From Candidatus Latescibacterota bacterium (GTDB lineage: Bacteria > Latescibacterota > UBA2968 > UBA8231), in NCBI GenBank assembly GCA_965208105.1, contig OZ242318.1:1408001-1472000 (forward strand): a stretch of 64,000 nucleotides of DNA, written 5' to 3'. Below are positions 1 through 8,950 of the stretch, piece by piece (within the stretch, counting starts at the first letter, position 1; every line of letters begins with the position of its first letter). The notes beneath the pieces are model-generated. The model had not been told where the DNA came from and did no database searches. It was given only the letters and a program-made list of their open reading frames with translations. A program made the position numbers and the translations under genes.

Positions 1-98
1 TGGGTTCCACAGACGCGGGCGTCGGCAATGGAAGCGGCCGTGCCCAGAAGGGACAGGGCGACTATCGGAAGGCAGCATCTGAAAATGATCTGGTGCAT
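1..98 (-). CDS. N-terminus of a secreted protein (partial, runs off the window)
   Basis: Read directly: ATG at 98 gives MHQIIFRCCLPIVALSLLGTAASIADARVCGT, a signal peptide followed by a CGT motif like those in metalloprotease propeptides. Co-oriented with the T9SS operon. Confidence 0.55.
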   Translation of the reverse strand, partial: MHQIIFRCCLPIVALSLLGTAASIADARVCGT

Positions 99-143
99 GG
101 AAAGTGCGGGATAAGAGGCTTGGGTGGGAACGGAGGAAGCCGA

Positions 144-779
144 TCAGAACCGCCTGGAGAGCACTACCGCAGCGCGGCCGTCGAATGCGTGAGCTTCCAG
201 ATTGAATGACGGCCCCCCTTCGTCCTCCCGATCCACCGTGCGGGCAGCGTGAATGGCTGAGAACAGATGGTTGACCGCCACAAGCCCGGTGGTGAAAAGG
301 GCCTGGCGTGCCGCGCTCTCGCTGGAGTTGCGCAACTTCCGGTAGCGCCGGCGCGACTCCTCCCGGTCCCACTCCCAGAAGAACTCGGGTGAATCCGGGT
401 AGAGATCGGCATCGGGGCCGTCGCGGTAAAGCGCATAGCGGTTGTGCTGCAGTCGGCTCTCGTAAAACCCCAAATCGTCGAAGTATGCGTCGTTCTTGCC
501 CCCCGTGCGCGCCCGGGCGTGGTCGGCAGCATAGGCGCGAAAGTGGGTGGCGCGGATGTCCTGGAGATACCGCAGTCCCAGGTAGCCACCCCAGAGCCCC
601 AACTCGGCCACCCAGAAGCGCCTTGCGCTCGCGTCCTGCCCGGAATAGTGCTGCCCCCACCCGGGAAGCAGCAGGGAGTAGCAGAAGGCGCGGCGCCCCG
701 ACCTGCCCTCGCTCCACTCCGGGGAGGCCAGGACGGCGATAAGAAAAATCGCGCTGAAATACCTGAGCATGGTTCCCAT
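144..779 (-). CDS. DUF5683-like exported/membrane protein
   Basis: Signal peptide; SLLLPGWGQHY and NHLFSAIHAAR motifs; C-terminal Phe. Abuts its paralog at 780. Confidence 0.7.
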   Translation of the reverse strand: MGTMLRYFSAIFLIAVLASPEWSEGRSGRRAFCYSLLLPGWGQHYSGQDASARRFWVAELGLWGGYLGLRYLQDIRATHFRAYAADHARARTGGKNDAYFDDLGFYESRLQHNRYALYRDGPDADLYPDSPEFFWEWDREESRRRYRKLRNSSESAARQALFTTGLVAVNHLFSAIHAARTVDREDEGGPSFNLEAHAFDGRAAVVLSRRF

Positions 780-1697
780 TTAGTAGAAGGGCTTGTAGGC
801 GGTCACCATGGGCACCTGGCCGCGCACTCCCCGGTGCATGGAAAAGACGAACCGGGTCCGCCTTTCGAGCCTGGCCGCGTCCGCGCCTTCGGACCGCCCC
901 CGCCCCAAGCGCGCCGCGTCGATGGCACTGAGAAGGTGGTTGATCATAATCACCCCGGCCACGTTGCTGGCCCTCTTCAGCAGCTTGTTGCTGTCGTTGC
1001 GGCGCTCTTCGTAATCCAGCCTCAAATCTGAGATGTAGTTCTCCACCGAGTCTATCTCGGCAGGCAGGACCTCCCGGGGGTCATCGCTCTTGTCCCGGCT
1101 GTCGCGCAGGTCGCTCCAACCCGCCCCGAACTGGTAGTACTTGCCGATGAGCTCGTAGTACTGCTGCTTCTCGGTCTCCCTGCAGCCTTCAATGGCTTCC
1201 GTTACCGCGCCTATGTACAAAGCGGGATTGGCGCTGGCCACGAAAGAACTGCAGGGGAGGCCGTGGGTGATGGAGCTGCGCGAGGTGGGCAGCACCCGCC
1301 ACTCCAGGTAGTGCTGCGGGTTCCAGTTTTCGTCTGCCACAGTGCGAAACTCTTCCTCGATGTCGTTGCCTTCGCCCCTCCAGCTCAAGTACAGCCCCCA
1401 GAGCAGGGCCTCGACCCCGAAGAAGGCCACAGCCCGCTTCTTGCTGCCCATGTAGTACTGCCCGGCCCCCGGCGCCAGGACAGAAAGCAGAAGCGCCCTC
1501 TTCGAGGATTTGCCGCCCTCCTCCGCCGCCGCATCGGCTTCGGGGCCCTCCGTTGCTCCATGCTCGACCCCGCGCATCAGGGCCCATCTCTGCAGGGGAT
1601 GCGGTGACTCTCCGAAAATGCTGGGCAATCCGTCGGCGGCGGCCTGGCTGGCCGCAAGGGCGCCCAGCAGCGCGATCACACTCCAAATTCTCATCAT
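780..1697 (-). CDS. DUF5683-like exported/membrane protein (paralog of 144..779)
   Basis: Signal peptide; SVLAPGAGQYY and NHLLSAIDAAR motifs shared with the downstream gene. Confidence 0.7.
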   Translation of the reverse strand: MMRIWSVIALLGALAASQAAADGLPSIFGESPHPLQRWALMRGVEHGATEGPEADAAAEEGGKSSKRALLLSVLAPGAGQYYMGSKKRAVAFFGVEALLWGLYLSWRGEGNDIEEEFRTVADENWNPQHYLEWRVLPTSRSSITHGLPCSSFVASANPALYIGAVTEAIEGCRETEKQQYYELIGKYYQFGAGWSDLRDSRDKSDDPREVLPAEIDSVENYISDLRLDYEERRNDSNKLLKRASNVAGVIMINHLLSAIDAARLGRGRSEGADAARLERRTRFVFSMHRGVRGQVPMVTAYKPFY

Positions 1698-1719
1698 CTC
1701 CGCTTCCTCTCCGAACAGG

Positions 1720-4700
1720 TTACAGATAGCCGAACAATACGGTAAGATAGAACTTCCACGGATTCTTGTCCTTCACCTCGTCGATCCCGTAGGCCGCATC
1801 CACCTGCACCCGGGTGGGAAGGCCGAAGTAGGACAGGATATCGCAGCGCAGCTGTCCGCCCACGTCGCGCAATGGCCCCTTGCGGCCGAAGACTGGGTCG
1901 CGTTCGCCCACACTGCCGTCCCAGGCCTTGCCCACACCACCGTAGACCGCCCCGTAGACCCTTTCGAGGTAGAGGTGCAGGATGCGCCGGCGAAGGTCGG
2001 GGAGGATGGGGAAGCGCAGAGTCAGGTTGCCCATGGCGGCCTTGCGGCCTTCCATGCTGTAGAAGGTGTACCCCTTCATGAAGGGCAGGCCGCCGAGTCG
2101 ATAGTCGAAGAAATCGCCGATCAGCTCCGGATCGTCCACCTCCTCACTGTCGATCCACCCCCCGTAAAATCGAAGGCCGAGGGCGGCGTTCCCCGGCAAG
2201 CCCATGTTCTCGCGCCAGTCCAGGGTGAACTGGTTGTAGAACAGGCCGACGTACTCCTCGTCAATGAAGCTGGACCGGTCGTTGAACCCCTCGAGGAAGA
2301 AATTGAACAGGCGGCTGTAGCGGAAGTAGAGCCGGCGCCCGATGGGGTTTATGTCGCGGTCCTGGCGCCTGGCCAGCGCCTCGAGCCGGTAGGTCAGCCC
2401 CAGGTCGATGCCGTTGAGATAGGTGTATCCAAAGGGTTTCTGCTCGACCCGCTCGAACCCCAGCCTCCCGTCCCGCCTCGGCACGAAAGCGTCGTACTCT
2501 ACACTGGCGTCGTAGCGGTCGTAGGTCGCCGACAGGGACAGCTCCGCCGACCTGCCGAGCTTGCCGCGCAGGCCGACGGACAGCTGGTTGAGATTGAACT
2601 TGACCCCGTTGATGACTGCAGACCGGGCCGCGGAGCTGTCGCCCCGGGAAGAATAGCGGCGCTGGTGAAAAAATTCCACGAACAACGTGGGACGCCACTC
2701 CCTGTACTCGTACAGCGCAAAGAGGTCGCGGTCCCCGTTGGCGGGCGCAACCGCCAGGCCGGTGAAGACGTTCTGCCTGCCCATCGCGTCCCCGCCTCCC
2801 GCGTAGGCCCCCAGTTTCAGGCGGCCCTCGTCCACAAACAGGCGCGGCAGCAGAGCCGCCCTCAGGAAGGCGATGCCCGACGGCCTGGACTTCCATTCAC
2901 TCGTGGATTCGACCCCGGAAAGGTCGATGTAGCCGGGTGCCGGCGGCAACCGGGGCAACGCGATCTCCGGCGCCTCCCGGCCATCGATCCGGCGGATCCC
3001 GTATCCATCCTCGCCGTAGGCGGCGAAGGCGACCATTCCCCGGGCATCGACGCTGGGATGCAACCCTCCCCCCGGCAGATTGGTCAACTGCCGCACCGTC
3101 CCGGCGTGGAGATCCACCGCGTAGATGTTGAAGATGCCGCTGAAGTCCGAGGCAAAGATCACCTCTTTTCCGTCGCGGCTGAAGACCGGATCCCGGTCCG
3201 TGCCCTCCGTGGCCACCAGCACCTCGAAGCGCGTTGCGGGTGGCGCCGCCGGCTCTGCCGATGCGAGCCGGACATCCCCTCCGTTCTCCACTTCGATCAG
3301 GACGATATCGCGCTTGCCCTGGCGTCCGATGGAGAGGACGAGACGGCGGCCGTCCGGTGACCAGCGCGGGGTGTAGAGCTGGGTGCCGTCCGCGAAATCG
3401 GTCAGCATGCGCACCTCGCCTCCGTCTGCCTTCATCAAGCCCAGGTTGTTGCTGCCCCCCTGGTTGCGCACGAATGCGATCCAGCCTCCGTCGGGGGAAT
3501 AGGACGGGTAGAAAGCCCGCAAGCCCCGGCTCAGCCGCCTGATGCGCGGCGATTCCGGGCCGAAGCCTCCCACCATTCCCGGCAGGGTCCAGAGGACCCC
3601 GGATGCCAGGCCGCGGTCCTCACCATCCAGATCGTACTCGTAGATATCCGCCTGCCGCGAACCGTACTTGTCGGCCCTGTCCTTGCGCACGAACAGCAGG
3701 CGGCGGCCGTCGGGCGACCAGCTCAGGGAGGAAGGAGAGACCCTGGGAACGAGGACCTCCTCGTCTCCGGACTCCACCTCGCGCAGCACCAGGGCGTGCA
3801 GTCCGTAGTGGCGCATGCGGCTGGACAGAAAAGCCAGTTTGCCGCCGTCCGGTGAAAAGGCCGGCCACATATTGGAGAATCCCTTCGCGCTGACTACCTC
3901 GCCCTGGCGCAACTCCCCCAGGGCGCCCATCTGCTCCTCGTACTCCCGCTCCATGGACGCGCGCCAGTCGTCGTATAGGGTCCGGCCCGGCACCCCCAGT
4001 GCTTCCTCGATGGCGCCGCTGAAAGTGAGATCCGACCACTTCGAGGCCGCCCTGCAGATAGCGGCCAGCTTCTCCTCTCCATAGGTCCGGACGATGTAGC
4101 GCACCAGGGCATAGCCGTGGTCGTAGACATACTCGTTGCCGAAGCCGCGCTTGCCGAAAACCCCCATATCGTCGAGGGAAAGCAGACCCCCGTTCAATAC
4201 GGCGGTCCGCAGGACCATGTCGCGGTGAGAGTCCCAGCGGTCGAAGCGCGCTCCCTCGACCTGGTACTGGGCCACACCCTCCGAAAACCAGTGGGGGACC
4301 GCGATGGTCATCAGGGGGTAGGACGCCAGCCAGTCGGGAAATCCGATCAGGACATCGGGCCGATTCTTCTCGCGCTGGTAGCCGAAGTACTGGAGGTAGA
4401 GGGCAGGCACCCGCTGCGGGCCCTTGCGGGCCGCCCCGAGGGAAACGATGTGGACGAACTCGTGGGTGATGACGTTGCGCAGCCAGTCCGATGTGCCGCG
4501 CAACTCATAGTCGTGCTCCAGGGCGGTGGTCCAGATCTCGATGGTGTCCTGAAAGAAGAAAGCCACGCCATTGGCGTAGTCGTCGTGGTCCTTGAGGATG
4601 ATGCGGACCTTGGATCCGGGCTCGTAGCCGTATAGCCGGGTCACCGGACCGTAGGCCTGTTCCGCTGCCTCTGCAGCGCGCGCCGCCGCCCCTTCCAGTC

Positions 4701-4830
4701 CCTGGTGGTAGAGGACGCGGAAATGTTCCGTTTCCAGGAGCTGCCACTCCAACTCGGGATGGTTCTGGGGCCATGCCGCCGACGAGCAGGCCAGCAGCAG
4801 GAAGAGAACAGCTACGGGACCACGCCTCAT
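1720..4830 (-). CDS. Gluzincin peptidase domain + TolB/PD40 beta-propeller + C-terminal BamA/Omp85-like beta-barrel protein
   Basis: HEFVH...PHWFSEG zinc motif; repeated P-x-[WF]SPDG blades; amphipathic C-terminal strands ending FYLTVLFGYL. ATG at 4830 overlaps the upstream stop (ATGA). Confidence 0.8.
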   Translation of the reverse strand: MRRGPVAVLFLLLACSSAAWPQNHPELEWQLLETEHFRVLYHQGLEGAAARAAEAAEQAYGPVTRLYGYEPGSKVRIILKDHDDYANGVAFFFQDTIEIWTTALEHDYELRGTSDWLRNVITHEFVHIVSLGAARKGPQRVPALYLQYFGYQREKNRPDVLIGFPDWLASYPLMTIAVPHWFSEGVAQYQVEGARFDRWDSHRDMVLRTAVLNGGLLSLDDMGVFGKRGFGNEYVYDHGYALVRYIVRTYGEEKLAAICRAASKWSDLTFSGAIEEALGVPGRTLYDDWRASMEREYEEQMGALGELRQGEVVSAKGFSNMWPAFSPDGGKLAFLSSRMRHYGLHALVLREVESGDEEVLVPRVSPSSLSWSPDGRRLLFVRKDRADKYGSRQADIYEYDLDGEDRGLASGVLWTLPGMVGGFGPESPRIRRLSRGLRAFYPSYSPDGGWIAFVRNQGGSNNLGLMKADGGEVRMLTDFADGTQLYTPRWSPDGRRLVLSIGRQGKRDIVLIEVENGGDVRLASAEPAAPPATRFEVLVATEGTDRDPVFSRDGKEVIFASDFSGIFNIYAVDLHAGTVRQLTNLPGGGLHPSVDARGMVAFAAYGEDGYGIRRIDGREAPEIALPRLPPAPGYIDLSGVESTSEWKSRPSGIAFLRAALLPRLFVDEGRLKLGAYAGGGDAMGRQNVFTGLAVAPANGDRDLFALYEYREWRPTLFVEFFHQRRYSSRGDSSAARSAVINGVKFNLNQLSVGLRGKLGRSAELSLSATYDRYDASVEYDAFVPRRDGRLGFERVEQKPFGYTYLNGIDLGLTYRLEALARRQDRDINPIGRRLYFRYSRLFNFFLEGFNDRSSFIDEEYVGLFYNQFTLDWRENMGLPGNAALGLRFYGGWIDSEEVDDPELIGDFFDYRLGGLPFMKGYTFYSMEGRKAAMGNLTLRFPILPDLRRRILHLYLERVYGAVYGGVGKAWDGSVGERDPVFGRKGPLRDVGGQLRCDILSYFGLPTRVQVDAAYGIDEVKDKNPWKFYLTVLFGYL

Positions 4831-7775
4831 CTTCTCACCGCCATCTTTACGACGGCGACCTCCCTGCCTCCATCCGGGTCTCTGGCTTCCAGGCGGCACA
4901 GGTAGAGGCCGCTGGCGTAGTTCCTGGTGGACCAGGTGAATTCGCTCTCGCCCTGGATCGGCGCATCCGCGTTTCTCTGCAACCGGTCCACCCGCCCTCC
5001 GATGGCGTCGAAGACCTCCAGGTCGAGCCTGGCCGGCCGGCTGAGGAAGAACCGCAGATGAGCGTCGCCGCCGCCCTCGACCGGATTGGGATAGCAGTAG
5101 ACCCGTTCGCGGGGAAGCAGCGCCTGCTTGTCGGAAACGGTGTCAACAGGCGCCGCTACAGGTGGATGGGCGCGGGTGCCGGCCGCGCTGAAGCCGTACT
5201 GGCCCCACCCCGCCAGGCCTCCCTCGTAGGCCGGAGTAAACCGCTGCGGCTCCCAGAGGTAGAGAGCCTCGCCGGCGAGAGCGGCCAATTCCATGCCGCC
5301 GTCCCCGTCGAGGTCCGCGCCCAGGGGCGTGAAGCGCACGGGACCCGCCGTCAGCAGGGGAAATGCCGCCAGTGACATGCCTTCTCCGCCGAAGCCGTAA
5401 ACCCCATGGCCGGACCCGGCCAGGATCTCCTGCCCGCCGCCTCCGTCCAGATCGACCAGGACCGCAGAGCCTTGCAGGCGGCCTGCCTCCTCGAAGCGGG
5501 CAGGCTGCAGCGGAAAATCGGCCTGCGGGATGCCGTTGCCCCTCAGCGCGTGGACCCGGTCGGCGCCGAGGGCGACGATCTCGAGCAGCCCGTCCCCGTC
5601 CACGTCCCCCAATATGGGAGCGGCGCCGATGGAGTCGGCCAAATCGCGCGCGAAGACCTCACCGCGGGCAGACCATGCCTGCACCGCACCGGCCCTGGTG
5701 GAGGACACGATCTCGTAGGCGCCGTCTCCATCCAGGTCGCCGCTCGCCGGAGCCAGCAAGGCTTCCCCGTGAGGGTCCCTCAGCTTCTCCAATCCATCCG
5801 GCCTCAGCCGCCACAAGCCTTCGCCGCCGGCCAGGACGAGCTCCACCGCGCCGTCGCCGTCCGCATCGGCTGCTCCCAGGGCATGGGCACTTGCGTTCCG
5901 GCGCTGCAGTACGGCGCCGGTGTGGGCGTCCAGCAGCACCAGCCCGCCCGCCCCGAGGGCGAGCACGGCGCGTCCGGGAAAGAGGTCAAGATTTGCGGTG
6001 AAGAGACCAGTGGCCGGATTCGCCTCGAGGACACGGGACCACAGCGCCTCCTGCCCTTCCGCCCGCCAGGCGCTCACCTCGCCGCCCCGGGCGACGAAGA
6101 TCTCGACCCTGCCGTCGGCGTCGGCGTCGGCGGCTGCCAGTATGTCCGCTCCCTCCAGGAACCACGGTGAAAAGCCCTCCTCCGCCCGGGCGAGCCCCAC
6201 CCCTCGCGCGCTCTCGACCAGCAGATCCACCTCGCCGTCGCCTTCCACGTCCGCTCCCTGCAGGCGCTCACCTCGCGCCAGGGGAAGCGGCCAACCGCGC
6301 CGGGCGCGCTCGAAGCTGATACCGACCCGCATGCTGTCCCCGGGGCTGGAGAGGACCTCCACCCGGATGCCGCTGGCCGCCCCGGTGTTGCTGCGGCTGT
6401 CCGGCCGGGTTTCAGGTCCGAACACGGTCTGGCCCCCCACGAAGAAGGGATCCCGCGGCGTGCCCTCGTCGTGATTCGGGCGCGCAAAGGTGGCCTGGCC
6501 GATGTCGCGGAAGCCGTCCGCCTCCTCCAGCGCAATGCCCGGCCGCACCGGGTCGTTGTTGATGGCGCCGGCGCCGATCCTGTCCTCGATCACCGCATCG
6601 TCCACGTGCCAGACCAGAATCCCCGATCCGGGGACAAAGGCATCGTAGGCCTCGACCTCGAGCCAGACCCCGGCCTCGTCGGCGCGGGAGAACTCGATCT
6701 TCCCCGAATCCAGCCACACCATGTCTTCGCGGAGGGAAGCTCCGTCGACTCCCGGGGGTATCCCCCTGTTGCCGCGCTGCTGCCGGTTCTCCAGCAGAAA
6801 GTATTCGGTGGTGCTGATGGGAATGCGAACGGCCTTGGGCAGGTCCACCCCCTGCAGGTCCGTGGCGGCCAGCACCAAGGTGGTGTCGCGTTCGACCATC
6901 ACCGGCTCTATCCAGCCCAGGCGCGCCTTGCTCCAGGCCATCGGGTGGGGCGGCGCGAAACCGACCGTGAAAATCAGCGAATCCTGCAGCACGTACCCCC
7001 CCGCGTTGGAGCCTACATCCATCAAGCTCCAGGTCCCCAGGGCGGGCTGGCCGTCGGCGAAATTCGACAGCCCGGGCAGGCCCAACTGGTGGCCGAAGAA
7101 CCTGGCCAGGAGCCCGTTGAGGCCGGCGCGGCCGTTCTGGCTCCGGGCTTCGGGAAGAATCCAGCCGTTCGGGATGGCGAATTGCCCCTCGTCCACCAGC
7201 AGGGGACCACCCAGGAACCTGCTCAGGTCCAAGCTGTCGAGATACACCGAGCGGATGTCGTTGAGCTCACCTGTCTCGTACCCGGCGCCGGCGTGGAATA
7301 TCAGGAAGCTGTTGAACTCGGCAAAGCGCGGACCCAGGGCATCGGCGTCGGCCAGCTCCACGGCGTCGCGGAACAACTGCCCCCACTGGCTGCCGATCTC
7401 TTCCTCGGAGCGCCCGGTGGCGTAGCTCAAGGCCGGGCGCGGCAAGGTATAGGCATTGTTCCGGCCATGGGGAAAAACTGCGAATTCGATCTCCACCCGT
7501 CCCTCGGAAACCTTGCTGTAGTAACGAGAGAGGGCCTGCAGATGGTTGGCGAAATAGGTGGAATCGTGAGGCGGGGTGTCGTAGGGGGCGGGATAGCCGG
7601 GCCGGGCTTCCAGGAAGTGGCGCAAATCGAATTTGCCCCTGCCCGTAGTGGTTGGCTCATCCGGTTCTTCAAGGGGGAAATCCACCCGCAGGGCCAGAAT
7701 GCGCCACTCCTCGGCGGACCAGGTCGCACCGGCACTGCACAACAGCAGCGCCAGGAAGATCTTCAGCAACAGCAA
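4827..7775 (-). CDS. M6 (immune inhibitor A)-like protease homolog with degenerate zinc motif, FG-GAP repeats and T9SS C-terminal domain
   Basis: FHAGAG, WSLMDVG Met-turn, W-K-RLGW and EYFLLENRQ are M6 hallmarks, but the zinc motif reads ARFFGHQLGLPG. DxDGDG repeats follow, then a YPNP...ASGLYLCRL CTD. Confidence 0.8.
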   Translation of the reverse strand: MLLLKIFLALLLCSAGATWSAEEWRILALRVDFPLEEPDEPTTTGRGKFDLRHFLEARPGYPAPYDTPPHDSTYFANHLQALSRYYSKVSEGRVEIEFAVFPHGRNNAYTLPRPALSYATGRSEEEIGSQWGQLFRDAVELADADALGPRFAEFNSFLIFHAGAGYETGELNDIRSVYLDSLDLSRFLGGPLLVDEGQFAIPNGWILPEARSQNGRAGLNGLLARFFGHQLGLPGLSNFADGQPALGTWSLMDVGSNAGGYVLQDSLIFTVGFAPPHPMAWSKARLGWIEPVMVERDTTLVLAATDLQGVDLPKAVRIPISTTEYFLLENRQQRGNRGIPPGVDGASLREDMVWLDSGKIEFSRADEAGVWLEVEAYDAFVPGSGILVWHVDDAVIEDRIGAGAINNDPVRPGIALEEADGFRDIGQATFARPNHDEGTPRDPFFVGGQTVFGPETRPDSRSNTGAASGIRVEVLSSPGDSMRVGISFERARRGWPLPLARGERLQGADVEGDGEVDLLVESARGVGLARAEEGFSPWFLEGADILAAADADADGRVEIFVARGGEVSAWRAEGQEALWSRVLEANPATGLFTANLDLFPGRAVLALGAGGLVLLDAHTGAVLQRRNASAHALGAADADGDGAVELVLAGGEGLWRLRPDGLEKLRDPHGEALLAPASGDLDGDGAYEIVSSTRAGAVQAWSARGEVFARDLADSIGAAPILGDVDGDGLLEIVALGADRVHALRGNGIPQADFPLQPARFEEAGRLQGSAVLVDLDGGGGQEILAGSGHGVYGFGGEGMSLAAFPLLTAGPVRFTPLGADLDGDGGMELAALAGEALYLWEPQRFTPAYEGGLAGWGQYGFSAAGTRAHPPVAAPVDTVSDKQALLPRERVYCYPNPVEGGGDAHLRFFLSRPARLDLEVFDAIGGRVDRLQRNADAPIQGESEFTWSTRNYASGLYLCRLEARDPDGGREVAVVKMAVRR

Positions 7776-7821
7776 CAGGCGTGGACTGGTTGGAGTTGGA
7801 GGGATGAGAAGAACGGCAAAG

Positions 7822-8865
7822 TCAGAAGGCCATGTTCAGAGAGAAGCGCGCATTATCGTCTACGGGTGTGTCGGAGCCGATCATGTAGGCCACGTCCAGC
7901 TGGAAGATGTTGTACTTCAGCCCGACCCCGAGGGTCCAGATCTTCAACTCGCCGTCCTCGTCGAGCGAATAACCGCCGCGCATGGCGAAAAAGGCATCGC
8001 CCTGGCCGTAATCGTAGCGATATTCGCCGCCGATGTGCAGGTCCATCTCTTCGAACTCGCGCTTCAATGGCTGGTCGGTCCAAGCGGTGAACAGATTCCT
8101 GACGAAGGAACCATCGGCGATGAGAGGCTTGTAGATATCCATGGACAGGAGGATATCGTTGTATTCGGAATCCAGCGCCTGGTAGGCCAGGCCGACGACA
8201 ACGTGCTGGGGGAGTGGATCGGCCTGGCTGGCATCTATGTAGACCATCTTGGGACCCAGGTTGCGCAAGGCGGCCCCCACACTGAGTAAAGGAGATGCCT
8301 TCCACAACAGACCCAGATCCGTCGCGAAGCTGTTTCCCACTCCCTTGCCGCGCTCGATACCGGCACCCTGGCCCGCGAGGTGGCTGCGGATGAACTTGAG
8401 CCCGATGCCGGCCGCCATGTTATCCGAAACCTGGTCTCCATAAGCCGCCGACACCGCCAGGTCGTAGCTGCGGAAAGTCCCCTGCTCGTTGCCGCGCTCG
8501 TCGGTTCGCAGCTGCTCTCCGAGGTTGAGGAGGGCGATATTCATCCCCACGTTGCCCCAACCCTCCAGCGGTTGGGCATAGCCCAGAAATTCATAGGACA
8601 GATCGTCGGCCAGACCGGGAAGCCATTTCATGTGGGTAAAATTTATCTGCTTTTTGGTCTGACCCGACAGAGCGGCGGGGTTGAAATAACTTGCCGTGGC
8701 ATCGTCGGCGATGGCTACGTAGGACTCGCCCATGGCGATTCCCCTCGCTCCCGGCTCTATCAGCAGAAGCAGTACCGCCGCCCCGCTTTCAGAGGTGGCT
8801 GACGCCTGTCCGGAACCGAGGCAGACGAACAACCCCGCCAGCAGCATTGAGAAGGTCTTTTTCAT
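7822..8865 (-). CDS. porV: PorV/PorQ-family T9SS outer-membrane beta-barrel
   Basis: LLIEPGARGIAMGE, DDATASYFNPAAL and HMKWLPGL motifs; signal peptide; C-terminal Phe; GGAGG RBS before ATG 8865; directly downstream of the PorU homolog. Confidence 0.8.
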   Translation of the reverse strand: MKKTFSMLLAGLFVCLGSGQASATSESGAAVLLLLIEPGARGIAMGESYVAIADDATASYFNPAALSGQTKKQINFTHMKWLPGLADDLSYEFLGYAQPLEGWGNVGMNIALLNLGEQLRTDERGNEQGTFRSYDLAVSAAYGDQVSDNMAAGIGLKFIRSHLAGQGAGIERGKGVGNSFATDLGLLWKASPLLSVGAALRNLGPKMVYIDASQADPLPQHVVVGLAYQALDSEYNDILLSMDIYKPLIADGSFVRNLFTAWTDQPLKREFEEMDLHIGGEYRYDYGQGDAFFAMRGGYSLDEDGELKIWTLGVGLKYNIFQLDVAYMIGSDTPVDDNARFSLNMAF

Positions 8866-8950
8866 AGTCTTGATGTCCTCCCTCGGCCCGGGACCGGGCG
8901 GGCCATATATGGAAAATAACAAAAATAAAGTTCCCGCGCTCCGCAAATGA

